From Eledone cirrhosa (lineage: Eukaryota): a stretch of 64,000 nt of DNA. This document shows, piece by piece, positions 1 to 13,757 of the stretch (position 1 is the stretch's first letter; each line of letters opens with the position of its first letter). Below the pieces are notes generated by a model that worked only from the letters and a program-made list of their open reading frames with translations, did no database searches and was not told the origin of the DNA. The stretch lies in contig OZ024742.1 in assembly GCA_964016885.1 (NCBI GenBank), positions 97,774,001 to 97,838,000 of the forward strand. Reading direction: 5' to 3'. A program made the translations under genes and the position numbers.

Positions 1-417
1 TTTTTTTTTTTTCTCTCTCTCTCTCATCTGCGACTTCACAGAACTTATGTTTACCGAATTCGCAGACCAGACCCCTTCTTCCTCCCGTTAGACCTGTGCG
101 AAATTCCTTCCTTGCTCACATTTCAACCAGGTTTGATGGTCTTTATTCTCTCGTTCACGATTCCACCGAATTTATATTCATAGAAATCTGGAACTTGTTT
201 CCTTCTTCATCACTTTCTGGTGCTTAAACCATTTTGTTCGTTTACCCTAGCGTCCCCCTTATTTACGTGTCCAAACGACTTTTTTTTAGCCGTTGCTCGC
301 ACCAACCTGAGGTATATGGCCTTTAATGCGACAAAATGCCTACGACGGTTGGAAGGCCACTGATGAGGACAAACTTTTTCATATGTAACCCATTTGCAGC
401 GCCGCAGCTCCATTATT

Positions 418-421
<4 letters not shown>
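1..421 (+). mobile_element. Non-coding retrozyme-like repeat family A, partial unit
   Basis: Closely similar to units at 31517-33208 and 41502-41731; ends at (TA)n; carries the permuted HHR-like motif; no credible ORF. Confidence 0.75.
297..367 (+). ncRNA. Permuted/pseudoknotted hammerhead-like motif, GAAA decayed to AAAA
   Basis: TCGCA-CCAACC-tg-AGGTAT-A-TGGCCTT-taa-TGCGA-C-aaaa-TGCCT-acgac-GGTTGG-AAGGCCA-CTGATGA-G. Confidence 0.6.
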
Positions 422-449
<28 letters not shown>

Positions 450-461
<12 letters not shown>

Positions 462-947
462 CGAGGATGTGTGTGTGTGTGTCTGTGGACAACTTAGGAC
501 AGCTAAGGCTCATATAATTCCCAACCGAATTTGACCAAATTTTCTGTGCATGTTGCACCTGTCTCTAAGATGGTCACATCAAAAGGTTTTTCAAATCGAC
601 CCACGTTGAGCAATAAAAAATCGATAGCAAAATTATTTTTTCTAAAGCGCATGATGTAAGGTATAAATCAATCAAAACAAAATCCTTATGGGACTTTCCA
701 TTCAAACTGTTGGGACCTACAACTTTTCAGCTGTAGCCTGCACATTTTTTGTCACTCGCGACAAAATTGTAGGTGTTTATTCTCTGCACTACAAAGCTCT
801 TAAGCGAGCATCGATTTTCTTCTAAGTCACATGTGTCAGCAAACCCATAAAAACTAAATCCTTATGGGATTTTCCATTCAATTTACTTCCTAGCTGTATA
901 TTCTTAGCATAATTTCAAACACCGGGCAACACCGGGTAAATCTGCTA

Positions 948-949
<2 letters not shown>
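450..949 (+). mobile_element. Non-autonomous Helitron
   Basis: TATAAAAG..(TG)n start; 3' GC-rich subterminal motif accgggcaacaccggg followed by CTAG|T. Confidence 0.7.
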
Positions 950-1001
<52 letters not shown>

Positions 1002-1037
1002 AAAAAGAATAACTTTCGCTCTACATGGCTGAATACA

Positions 1038-1312
1038 ATAAATGTAATCTGAGTTTTTTGAATATTAATAATAACATTCAATTTGTTTACAATTATGCAA
1101 ACAAGTCTCAATTTTATAGCCATGTCAGTAGGTGAACATTGAGCTGTACTGATACCCAGAAACATTAATGTCTGCAGTTCTGTTTGCATGTCAACACAAG
1201 AGCAAGAATGAAATGTCCATTCTACTGACACGGCTATAAAATTGAGGCTTGTTTGCATAATTGCAAACGAATCGAATGTTATTATTAATATTCAAAAAAC
1301 TCAGATTGCATT

Positions 1313-1318
<6 letters not shown>
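1038..1318. repeat. Foldback/MITE-like element with ~95 bp inverted arms in (TA)n
   Basis: 1038-1132 is the imperfect reverse complement of 1222-1318. Confidence 0.8.
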
Positions 1319-1380
<62 letters not shown>

Positions 1381-1462
1381 GTAACGAATAATACAAGAAG
1401 AAAATCGAAAGAGGACTTCTTAATGGTTGTATATAAGTATATATTAACCAGTAGGGCAAACA

Positions 1463-1561
1463 TTTATTATTAGCACAGATTAAATGTTTAAGCAATCAAT
1501 TTCTGCTTTCACCCTAAGCAGAAATTCTTTGCTCAAACTTTTAATCTGTGCTAATAATAAA
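1463..1561. repeat. Inverted duplication of a PLE terminus (3' half of an HHR)
   Basis: Hairpin arms ~45 bp that match 24918-24970. Confidence 0.7.
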
Positions 1562-2084
1562 TAACACGACAACCCCACTAGTGTCTTTGCCTTGATAAAA
1601 TGCACTTGGTAGAGTGTGGGGCCATAAGTGAGGATGTGTGCTTCCAACCTGTCTCAATGTCAGTAGACCCACTTCAGTACTGACTGTTTGTGAAAACCCT
1701 TCCAAATTTATCAGAAGGAATCAGTCATTAAATGATAATGATGATTTATTTATTTATTTATTACATCTCCCACTCACATCAACTCATCCATGCCTAACAT
1801 ATTGAGTACTGTAATGTTTTAATTGGATAGTGCTGGAGACTCGACAAAAAGTAACTTGAATACCTCGTAAGGTGGTAATAACTGAGTCTCAATAAAATGC
1901 TCCCAGTACCTACTGCAAAATAGCTGGCATTAGGAAGGACATCCAGATATAGAAATCAAGCCAAAAGTTGAACATACAAGCAAGACATAATCACCTGAAC
2001 AGTCTAGCCTCAGTATGTGACAGCCCATATTACCCATACAAGTAGGGAAAATAGATGTTATATATATATATATATACAGATGTA

Positions 2085-2270
2085 TGTGAGTGGCTAAATA
2101 GTTAGAGTATTCAGCTTATGATTGTAAGGTTGTAAGGTCATGAGTTCAAACCCCACCTCCATACTGTGTCTTTCATCAGGACATTTTATCTAATATTGCT
2201 CCAGTACACACCTGTAATTCAAAGGCCTAGCTTTGTCACACTTAATTTCCTCGAGAATAATGTTAAACTT
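2085..2270 (+). mobile_element. tRNA-derived SINE, degenerate
   Basis: A-box-like tggctaaatagttag and B-box gagttcaaacc; related copies ~11555-11830 (+) and 22615-22790 (-). Confidence 0.6.
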
Positions 2271-2369
2271 GTAGAATGCTTAGCCAATGTATATAGTAAA
2301 TGAGAGAAATTGAGGGAGAGGTAGTGAATGAAAGGGATTAAATAAGAGAGCAGGAGAGAGAAACATAAC

Positions 2370-3220
2370 TGGATGATCTTTTTAACTGGTTGAAGTCCTT
2401 CATTCTCAGTCAAAGAGAGGTAGTTACGGTTCTGGGACAGCATTCCTCACCATATGAGATGTCATCTAGAGTACCACAGGGATCTGTTCTTGGCCCTCTT
2501 TTGTTTGTGTCATATATTAATGAACGTGAACGTGACTTGGCCATTACTGTCAGCAGCGATTTGCGTTGGACGAAGCACATCTCTAAAATTGTCAAGAAGG
2601 CCGAGGGTGTCTTAGTATCACTCAGCAAGACCTTTGTCAGCTGCTCTCCAGCTATCTATTTAAAACTGTACATAGCTGTGTTGCGGCCACACTTAGAATT
2701 TGTATCATCAGTCTGGAACCCCTATCTTGCTCAGAACATTTACTCTGAACGCCTTGCTTCTCTGGGCATGGATACATTGAAGCTCTGATGTCTGGCAACT
2801 GATTTGGTAAACACCCACACAATTATTAACCATCTTGCCAACAACAACCCTGAGTACCTCTTTGATTTCCATGAGTCTAACACACGTGGACATGCCCACA
2901 AAGTCAGAAAACAGCACAGCTCCCATGACTTTTGGAAACATTTTTTCACGATCAGAGTTGCTGAAGCATGGAAGAAACTACCTGCATCAGTTGTTAGCTG
3001 TCGAAACACTGCAGCCTTTAAAATCTCCATGCTTCCTGAGATTCACCAACGCTACACCTAATATTCCCCCTCCATACACATACACACATGTATATCATGA
3101 CTCATACACTATTCACTTCCCTGACATTTGTATATTATTCTATGTACTATACATGCACCTTTGATGAGTTGTAGTGCACCTGAGCACTTTACACAATAAT
3201 TTCATTATTATTCATTATTA
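2370..3220 (+). mobile_element. CR1/L2-group LINE 3' fragment, internally deleted
   Basis: VPQGSVLGPLLF, RPHLEFVSSVWNPY, TRGH..FFTIRVAEAWKKLP; stops; (ATT)n tail. Confidence 0.85.
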
Positions 3221-3483
3221 TATATCAGAAAGAGAAAGACAATCGCTACAAGAGAATATTTCAGATGGGGGAGAATGGGAAAGAGATTTGAGAAACAGAA
3301 AGTTATTAACAATATGAGGAGTGGAGTGGGGGGTGGGGGTGGGGGTGGTGAAATAAGAGATTGAGAGAGAGGGGGAATGAAAAGAGGCATTGAATGAGAT
3401 GGAAGGGAGTGAAGCAGAAATGGAAGATTGGGAGAAAGAGAGATTGAAAAAAATGAAAGAAGTTAAGGAAGGAGAGAGAGAGA

Positions 3484-3525
<42 letters not shown>

Positions 3526-4734
3526 ATATGTAACAGGGCAGTCAATGGATAGTTAAAAAGAGGAGCAAATGAGAGAAAGCACATGATAGCGAGCTTTGGT
3601 GGAAGGAGAAGGTTAGGTTGGGTTGAGAGAGAGAGAACTAAAGTAAAAGGCAATGAAAGAGAGAGAGAGAGAGGGGGGGGAGAACATGTGAGAATAAAAG
3701 AGAAACTGTTAAAGAGAGGGAGGGAGAGAGAGTGAGTGAGTAATTGAGAGGGGAAGAGAAGGTGCATATGTGTGACTGCATAAAAATGAGTGTGTGTGTG
3801 TGGGGGGGGGGGGTTATGGGCATGTATATATGTGTATGTATATAATTATGTATGTACATGAACATATAAGTGTACATATATCTGTATATGAGGTATCTGT
3901 ATGTGTGTAATTGCTTGTATGTGTACATATGTCTATCTATACGTGTACATGTGTGTGTACATATGCACGTGTGTGTATTTTGATTGTGTATGCCTGTGTG
4001 TGGATGTGTACTGTGTGAATCTATAGAAGGTGAATGGTGATTACAGTAAAATAACTTGAATATCGAGTTGTGGATGTTGAATAAACAGAACTGAAACAAT
4101 TGAAGCTATATACATACTGGCTAATCATGTGATACTCTATATACACTCACTGGAACATGTATGTTCATGTTTGACCATTATTGGTTGTTCACCTTTCATT
4201 GTGTCCTTGAAAGTGATCACATCACATGATCTCTTAGACGCAGACACACATATATACATATTTCACATGAATATATTGATGAGTATCTGTGTATGAGCAC
4301 ACACACATACATATATCAATAGCTTCTGATGAATATATAGATATATATCTGTGTGGATACACACACCCATTACTTCATTCACATGAATGTGACTATATGT
4401 ATGCTGGTTTGTATATATCCTGTATATCAGTTTATAACAGGTACACCATATCTCCTTGCGCCATAGGAAGCAAATAAAAGGATTGGCTTCTGGAAGGGCA
4501 TCTAACTGTAAAACATAACCTCTAAAAGTCTTGTCTAATCCATGCCAGTATGGAAAATTCAATATAAAAACAATGGTGATGATGATATACATACCTATGC
4601 ATGATATATGTTTACACACACACATATATATCTATATATTGTACATATATATTTATACATATATCATTCTCACTGGAAAGCAAAATAGAATGATGGTCAA
4701 AAAACACAAAGTCCCTTCAGTGTTAGGAATGCAC

Positions 4735-5625
4735 CTTAGCAGCATAATCTAGTAGTTAGTGATTTACAAATTAGAGCTAGAGAAATGTAGAGATGGAGGG
4801 TAACCTGAAACAGAAGGATATGGAAATTGAAGGAGCCCTCAGCCTCTAACAAATTTAAGGATATCCTTCTTGACACTTTTGACAGTAAAGAAGAAGAAAT
4901 AGCCACATATGATATGAAGGAGCAGTGGGAGTTCCTGAAAGATAATCTACCGAAGGCTACCAAGGAATTATGTGATTAGAGCAGAGGTCCAGAGAGTAGG
5001 AAAGTGACTTGGTGGTGGATTATTAAGAGGGGTGAAACAATTAAGGCCAAGGAACAGGCATGGAAGGAATGGCAAAACAGGGATAGCAGAGAGCTTTACC
5101 AAGTGGGAAGGAGAGAGGTGAATTGGAAAGTAAAAAAATTATGCATTCTATGTGGTGTGAAACAAAATGTGTGAGGTGTTCAGGATCACAAGTCAAAATG
5201 TCAAAGAAAATAGTGATGTCGTGAGAGAGAAGTTGTTTTGTGATAATGATGCACTTGTCCTTACTGCAACTGATGAAGGCAAATGCTCTAACTTTCTATG
5301 ACAGAACTAGAGAAAAATTCCTGAAATGGAAGAAAAGCCTGAAATAAAAGGCCCTAAATTCAACTTGGCAAAAACTAAAGTATTAAGGAAAATAAGACCA
5401 TAATCCGTTCTGGAAAATGGCTCTGGTCAGTGAGTAGGAAAGAGGTGGGTAGAAATTTAATCTCTGTCTCAAATGTAAGTAATGGGTGCACAAGAGAAGT
5501 AATGGGATCTAAGGTAGGTTAGCTCAGAATGTAGCTTTCACTTGTAGCCATTGCACAAGAGTAGTAATTAACAAATCTTTACAGGAAACATGTGCTATCA
5601 AATTCTTGGAAGGTTCTGTAGAAGC
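4735..5625 (+). mobile_element. Old RTE LINE fragment
   Basis: Nucleotide similarity to the RTE at 35470-38800 (WKLKDP, VTWWW and KWPCSVC regions). Confidence 0.75.
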
Positions 5626-7728
5626 ATATATATATATATATATATATATAGAGATAGAGAGATAGATATACAAATAGTTTACGAAGTTAACCAAATTTAT
5701 TTCAGCTAGCTCCAGCCACTACCCACTCACTCAATGAGATAATAGCTTGCAAGTGTGAAAAAGCAAGCTATCATTCAGAGTGCACACAATAGTTATTTAG
5801 TAAGATGGTAATGTTTTGGTAATTATACTTCAGTATCAAATTCCTCAACAGATGTGTGTGTGTGGGGTGTAAGTAGGTGGGTTGGTAGGTAGGTAGATAG
5901 GTTGACATATGTATGCATTGTTATACTCACACACAAATATATATACCCACATTTAATTCTTAGATAGAGAATTTGAAATTCAAATCTTATTGAGATTTGC
6001 TGTTTTAGTTTTATTTATTTCATATTTCCATTTATTAATATCTCTTACATATCATATAATATCATTTACTATTCCTTTCATATCAGATAATATTATTTAA
6101 TATTATATATTTCCGCATCAATTTTGAAGAAGTATCTCTTTAACGCACTATAAATTGCATTTCAAAGTCACGTTTCTTATTAATACTATTTTTATTATCA
6201 TTATTATTCTTAGTATTATTGCTTGCATACATACATGTTAGCATTGAAAATGGATGTTAAATGATTACATATATGAGTGTGTGCATGTACTGGTTAAGTT
6301 GCAGTATATGCAGATATAAACCGTGTTCAGCACTCAATACGATGTTGTGAGTTTAGCTCTCACCATTTCCAAACATCTGAAGAGCTATAATCGTAAAGTC
6401 GAACCTCATCATTATAAAATAATTTATGTAATTGCCAATGGTCTTCAGTCGAATTTGTGAGGTAAATATGTGCAATGAAATTAAGCATTAGTTAAATTGA
6501 TATTTCACTCTCCATATATATATAGAGAGAGAGAGGGAGATGCAGATAGATCAATAGATCAATATAGTTCTTACACAACTCGATCCCAGATAAATTATTA
6601 CCATATAAACTGCACTAAATACTTAATCCTATCAATAGACGCACACTTCATATCAGATATCTTTCAACAAGGAGTTTAACTTAAACTGCACCAAAGACAG
6701 AATGCAATATTTATAATTTTTCCTTACACAATTAAATAATTAAATAGAAATGACACAGGACTGAGAAGACTGGTAATCTCCTATAATACAAAAGACTCAT
6801 CCACCAGTACAATCACTGCATCACTAAAAGTAAATGTGGTGAAAGACCTGTGACTACCAATATTTGAGGATCGAATGGATGCAAAAAAAGGTATGTGAGT
6901 TCTCTTGAATTTGGCTGGGTATGTGACAAAATCTCAAGTGCTGGTGTCATGATGAAATGCACCCAATATACTCTGTAAAGTGATAGTGTTGGTGCCACGA
7001 AAAATGCACTCAGTACATTCTTTAAGGTGATTGGCATTAAGAAAAGCATTCCGACATAATAGTCATGCCAAATAAGGGAAATATGAGCAAGATCAGATTG
7101 CTCCACCCTGTCACATAACGGGGTGTGACCAACTATCTAACCTATACCAATGTGGAAAGTGGACACATGGTAATGATGAGGATGATATATTTTAGCAAGA
7201 ATTTTATGAATGACAGCATCATCATCATCATAATCTGTTTTGTCATATTCTTCCATGCTAACATCATTATGGATTTCTCCTTTCTGTTACAACCACTATC
7301 ATTATCATGTCCATCATCTCCTCCATACTACAACCCTTACTGCCAGCATTACTGCTACTGTCCCATCACTATCTTTTAAATACCATCATCATTACCACAT
7401 CATGCATATACTCTCACACACATGTGGTTGGTGTTAGGAAGGGCAACCAGTAGTAAAAAACATGCCAGAAGCACTTCCGTATGAGCGAGACACAGTCTCC
7501 CAACCATTCCCCGCATCAAATGGAACAAAACCGTCTAAGCCATGCTAGCATGATTATATGTATATATATATATATAAAAATATTCAAGAGCCCGACAGTA
7601 GAGCCGTCGAAACGGCTATTTCTGGACGTTATGGTCCACCTGGTCCATTACCACACTTCTTCATTATATATATGTATATATATGTGTATATATATATATA
7701 TATACCTTACATTTTAATATACATACAT

Positions 7729-7828
<100 letters not shown>

Positions 7829-7901
7829 GGTGTTGGATGCTTAAAGCATCCGTAAGCGGTAGGCCGTTTGAGCACTCGATGATCTTACAGAGCAGAGTAT
7901 A

Positions 7902-8170
7902 ATATCGCATACAAAATGGAGAATCAGTGGTGCGACAAATAAGATTTATTATACATATTACAATCGTTTCTCTGGCAACCAGCTCGAGGCACGATCGATG
8001 CAATGATCAAACCTGACTCTGAAATCGCAAGATCCTCAGATATGTCTCGATTCTACGAAGCAGAGTTTCCAAAATCGATCGTGCCTCGAACTGGTCACCA
8101 GAGAAACGATTGTAATATGTCTAATAAATCTTATTCATTGCACCGCTGATTCTCCGTTTCTTATGTGATA
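7902..8170. repeat. Foldback/MITE-like element with ~98 bp inverted arms in (TA)n
   Basis: 7902-8000 is reverse-complementary to 8075-8170. Confidence 0.8.
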
Positions 8171-8181
8171 TATATATATAT

Positions 8182-10096
8182 CTGTGCTCTACAAGACCAG
8201 CAAGAGGCAGACCAGCTACCATTACCTCAATGACCAAGAAAACCCACACAGATAGATGGAACGGGTGGACCAGAGCCATACGGACCCCCGAAAACCACGA
8301 TGAAGTAAAGAAAATGATTGCACATGCGGTTGGGGCCAGTATAAAATTAACCCTTAAGGAACATATGTTCAAATTTAATGGAAAAACATATGCCCAAGAG
8401 GAGGGAGCAGCCATTGGTGTTAGCATTGCAGGTGACATAGCTAACCTATTCATGGTATGGTGGGACAATAGACTTAAACTTAAACTTAAAGAACAATTAG
8501 AAGACAGCAACCTCTTAACCCTGATAATGTACTCCCGCTACGTTGATGATATAAACATCGTAGTAAAAACACCCCCACTAGAGAACAGTCAGGAATTAGA
8601 GAAAAACACCATGGAAAGCATCCAGCAAATAGCTAACTCCATCCACCAGAGTATTAGTGTTACTATAGACTACCCAAGCAAACACCCCGACCATCGATTA
8701 CCTGTACTAGACACAGAGCTCTGGTTGGATACTATTAATAACAAAAATCAAATCCTCCATTCCCATTATGCCAAACCCATGACTTCCAAATATCTGATCC
8801 ACCGAAACTCAGCTGTTTCGGACCATACCAAAATCAACATACTGATTGCGGATTTGGTACGGGTGATGAGAAACGTGTCCTGCAAGTGCAACCCCAAATA
8901 ACTAGAGAGACACATACAACACTTCATCTGCCATATGCAGTTCTCTGGTTACAATCAGAGAGATAAAATCAGAGTATATAAAGGAGCCAGAACCAAATGG
9001 GAAAAAATGGTAAATAATGATACAAATGGGACCTGCCCCTTGTATAGTATCAAATTTTGGAATAGAATAGAAAGAACTAGGAATAAGGTTAATAGAATAA
9101 ACTCATGGTATGATAGCAATAAATACCAGAGTGTAATGTTCATCGATACAACCCCTAGAGGTGAATTAGCTTACAAATTTAGAAGGGCCCTAGATAAACA
9201 TAAACGTAATATTAAGATAGTAGAAAGACCAGGTACCTCCATAAAAACAATTATTAGCAATACATACCCTTTTGAAAGACCTCCCTGTATAGATAAGAAA
9301 TGCATAATCTGTAAACTAAGCCCCCAAATTAACTGTAAAACTAGAAATGTAGTATATAGCATAAGATGTACTGAAGGACAATGTAAAGATAAGAATATAG
9401 TGTACATAGGTGAGACAGCTCGTAGTATAGGAGATCGATTAAATGAACACTTGCGAGAGCTTCAAGATAGTAAAGAATCATCTGCACTCCACCAACATAC
9501 TAAAATAGAACATAAGGATAAATTAGACAACATAGAAATAAAAATAGAATCTACACACAGAAAAGACGCAATGTTTAGACAAATCACAGAGACAATAAAC
9601 ATAAATGAGCTTCAACCAAAATTAAATAGAAAACATGAATGGAATAGCAACATCACGACTTACAATTAAGGACAAAATGAAAACACACACACACATAGAA
9701 CAAACAACCAACCAGTAACATGTAAATAAACAAATATAAACACACAGAGACACCTGGACGTAATACATGCGCAAACTAAGCACACAACACACACAAAAAC
9801 AAGATGGCGTAGTATAGAACAAAGGAGAGGCACAAAAACAAAGAAAAGAATCCCAGTCACAGAATGTGTGACAAAAGAACTTTGACAATATATGAACAAT
9901 CGTCTGGTTGTGGAACCAACCAACCAACCGGAAATTTATATATTCCTAAATTTATAAATTTAATTCATAATAAATTGAAGTAAATGCACCTGGTGCGTGT
10001 GTTTCTTATTGGCAACATGACCCTCCCAAAGTATAACAATATCGGTTTCAACACACGTTTTCAGATAAAGAATCTTGCTAAACAAATTCAGAAACG

Positions 10097-10100
<4 letters not shown>
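8182..10100 (+). mobile_element. Penelope-like retroelement (Naiad-like), 5'-truncated
   Basis: RT GAAIG..YVDD..LPVLD, Cys linker, GIY-YIG (VVYSIRC..YIGETAR); flanked by (TA)n; same family as 47700-51293. Confidence 0.93.
8230..9669 (+). pseudogene. PLE RT + GIY-YIG ORF with one premature stop
   Basis: ORFs 8230-8901 and 8935-9669 share a frame; TAA at 8899-8901 is GAA in the sister copy. Confidence 0.9.
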
Positions 10101-10130
<30 letters not shown>

Positions 10131-10639
10131 TTACACACATACACACACATTCATAATACATATACCTCAACATCATCACCAATAACAGTTCAGTCTGTAT
10201 TTCCACCACACTGTCATGGGTATTGGATACATTAATATAATATAGATATTGTTTGGCAGAGATTTGCCAATGTGAAAACCATTCCTATAATCCAGCAGTG
10301 TTAAAGACAAGCTGTCTTCTTTCTCTGTCTCTTCTGTTGCCAACTTCAAAGAACAACTGACTGGTTCCAGATAACAGAACCACCTAACTCTGAAGTGACT
10401 GTAATGAGAGGAGCGATAGTAACACAAATTATTCATGCTTGTAGTATGGGCATTGTGAATATACACTGAGTAATGTCTTTTTTGAGTCTTTTACAACTAC
10501 AGCAGCCACAATACCACCTCCATCACCACCACCAACAACAACAAAAATACCACCATCAACAAAGCCACCTCCTATAATAACATCAACAACAGCAACACCA
10601 GCAATATAAGTTCATAACCAGTTTTATAGGAAACTGGCC

Positions 10640-11450
10640 TTGATTGATATGCAGAAAAGGATTAGGAAAAACTTTCAGACAGTGTAAACAGGCTAACACA
10701 GATTTTGTGTGGCAGATGCACTGGAGTTAGTTATTAGTAAGTGCATCAGTGAAATTCATTCACTGCAATCCAAAAGAGGGCCCATCAAATTAGTCGATAT
10801 CTTCTCTTACCAAGATGATCTAATTAGCAGTGGAGGAGGATGCTCTGAAATCATAGAAGCCAGAAAAAGAATGAAGTGAAAAAGACCTATGAGCTTCTGC
10901 CTCTACTGGCAATGAAGGGATTTTCTATCCAAGTAAAGGGTAAATAATTGTTTCTACTTTTGGCACAAAGCCAGCAATTAACCAGTACATTACTGGTACT
11001 TTATTTTATCGACCCCGTAAGGATGAAAGGCAAAGTTGACAGGTAAATAATATTACACAAAGTGTGATGTTACATGAGGTACAGGCATTGGATGAAAAAA
11101 ATATGAGAAGGCTAGAAAGAAATTTAAGCATGTTCCGTTGATATACAATCTTAGTCTGCATGAACAGGGAAGTAAAAGTGAGGTGAGAGAAAATACGAAT
11201 GTAAGAAGAATTAGATTTAGTTTTCAGGAGAGATGATTGTGCTGGTATGAACACATAATCCATATGGATGATGACTGATGAGTACAGAAGTTTCAGGATT
11301 TCCAGGTGAAAGAATGTTACAAATGAAAGAACCAAGGAAGACACAGGGAAAAAAATGTTGAGAGCTGATCTCATGAGATGACAACGGAAAGTGATAAGTG
11401 AAGAGATGCTCTGCAAGTGAAAAATCATCTAATGCATGTAAATATGGAAA
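10640..11450 (+). mobile_element. Degenerate RTE 3' fragment with a nested SINE piece (~10945-11040)
   Basis: Similarity to KWPC / SSGGGCS / ELLPLL / ERN regions of the other RTEs. Confidence 0.65.
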
Positions 11451-13324
11451 AGCAGGTGGGAAAATTATGATGAAGATTTATAATGTAGAGAACTCAAAAC
11501 TTAGCCAAACAATTGACCAAAAAAATTGCCAAATAGGTAAAATTCCTTAGTATATGTGGTTGGCCAAATTGTTATAAAATACATTTCACAAGTATGAGAT
11601 CACAGGTTCAATCCTACTACATGTCATTTTGGGCAAAAGTCTTTTACCGTAGACTTTTAGTTAACCTAAACTTTGAAAGTGAAATTGTGTTGATAGAATT
11701 TGTACTGAAACCTGTCGAATGGATTTTATCAGGAATTCAAAGGACTAGACTTGTCATACAGTATATCACATTGGCTCTTTGAGAATTATGTTAACAGTAG
11801 ACATATGGAGTGCTCAGTCACTTATGGTATAATACAAGATGGACTATACCCATAATTAAAAAGTCCAGCCATGTCACACACTGAATCATCCCTGAGAATG
11901 TTGTTAATATTTCATATGGCTGTAGAATGTTCTGCCACTTAAAATAAACATTGACTCTATTTAAGAATGACATTAATGATACATGTATCTGTAAAATTCT
12001 CACCCATTTACAATACGATATACAAGATGGACAGTACCTATAACTCAAAGGATCAGCTTCACCACATAATTTTCAGGTTCACTGTAAACCTATGTTAAGG
12101 CTATACATGTTTATGGAATACACAGAAACAATTTCATGAGCCAGCTGCTCCATTAATTAATCAAACAACTGGAACACTCATCATTGAAACTGAACGAGGT
12201 CCATTCCATTTTAGGTGTAATCTCTTGGTAAATCATATGTGATCAAGTTTCGATTCTTGGCTCTAACTAATTCAGTTACACTTTTAATGCTCTTGGGAAA
12301 GACATGAATATTGCAATGTAAGTTCTTCCATTAGCTGCTGTTAAAAGAAGGTTATCACAACTGATAATAGATAGTTCATAGTTTTGACCAATAAATATCA
12401 AGAAACTGACTAATTATTGCACTTTTAAATGATAAAATTATCCTTAGACATGGAAATTTAACCCTTTCTCTACTTGCTACTTCTGAGGCTTTTTTGCTTA
12501 CTTTATCTCCTACATATGCACAAAACATCCATATCCCTATCTACCACATAGACAAATACTCCCTTCACCACCCCCCACTCTCTGTCTTCTCCCTACACAC
12601 AATCACTCCCTCTCTTGCGTTTATTCTACCACTGGCTCACTCACTCGCTTCCTTTTCATCTGGCTCACTCTGACTATCTCTAGTTCACTTTATAATTGGC
12701 TGACTCTCTCGCTCATTCATATCTATATTCTCTCTCTATATATAGCTCACTATATATTACTCTCTCTAATATATAGCTCACTATATATTACTAGCTAACT
12801 TTTTTTCTATCCATCACACTCATTTTATCTCTCTCCAATTCTGGCTTACTCTCACTTTGGATCTCATTCTATCTGTTGTCCACTCTGTCTTTGGCATACA
12901 TTCTATTGTGTGGAGTGAGTGTGGCTGTTAAATTGTTTGCACCATCAGAGAAATAGCGAAATAGATGGAAAGTTAACACTTCAATAACAATAATTTGAAG
13001 AATCTCATACTATGATCATGTACTGAGAGCAGGATTGCAACTGATGTCAGATGGGACATGTACAGTTACAAATATATTAAATGGAAAGCAGAGGAAAATG
13101 TTGAGGATGATGATGACAATATATATATAACAATATATGCACACATGCACATATATAGAAATAACTATATACATATGTATGCATATGTAACAATATGTGT
13201 GTATGTATATATATATATATATAGTTACTTATGTACACACACACACATACATGTATGTATGTATATATGTATATATACATATATATATAGTTACTTGTGT
13301 ACACACACACACACATATACATAG

Positions 13325-13641
13325 AAATAATCAGGCTGGATGCCCGATCGCGCAGTTAAACCACTGGGAGTGAAGAACCCCTAGCCCTTGTCAGGGCATT
13401 CTTCTAGGAGAAAGCATCTCAGGAAACTGGGTTAACTCCGACATAAAACCTGCGGCTCAGTAGTTACCGATGATGTTGATCTTTTCTTCTTTTCGGGTTA
13501 TAGCTACTGTCGCTCAGAGAGTGGGATTGGCTCAGTGCACAGTCTTTCCTCACTTTAAAAATATTCGTCACGCACAGGCATTGCACGAGTGCATTAATAA
13601 TTATTAATAGTGTAATGGCCATACTCGATAACGAGGGGGCA

Positions 13642-13648
<7 letters not shown>
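13325..13648 (+). mobile_element. Non-coding (TA)n-inserted element related to 26516-27135
   Basis: Shared ctaggagaa..aactc..ataa.acctgc block and shared 3' end tggcc.tactcga.aacgag..ggcagcca. Confidence 0.6.
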
Positions 13649-13694
<46 letters not shown>

Positions 13695-13757
13695 CATATA
13701 CATGTATATATATATGTATATATATATATATACATATATACATATATACACATATAT

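Noticed and set aside
6370-6415. CTGAAGA...GAAC possible hammerhead
   Set aside because: Stems I and II are weak and GAAA is absent
7835-7865. GGATGC/GCATCC hairpin followed by GTAA..GTA
   Set aside because: No CUGANGA-like segment or stem I upstream
8899-8901. Possible recoded (selenocysteine) stop in the PLE ORF
   Set aside because: The codon is TAA, not TGA, and is GAA in the sister copy
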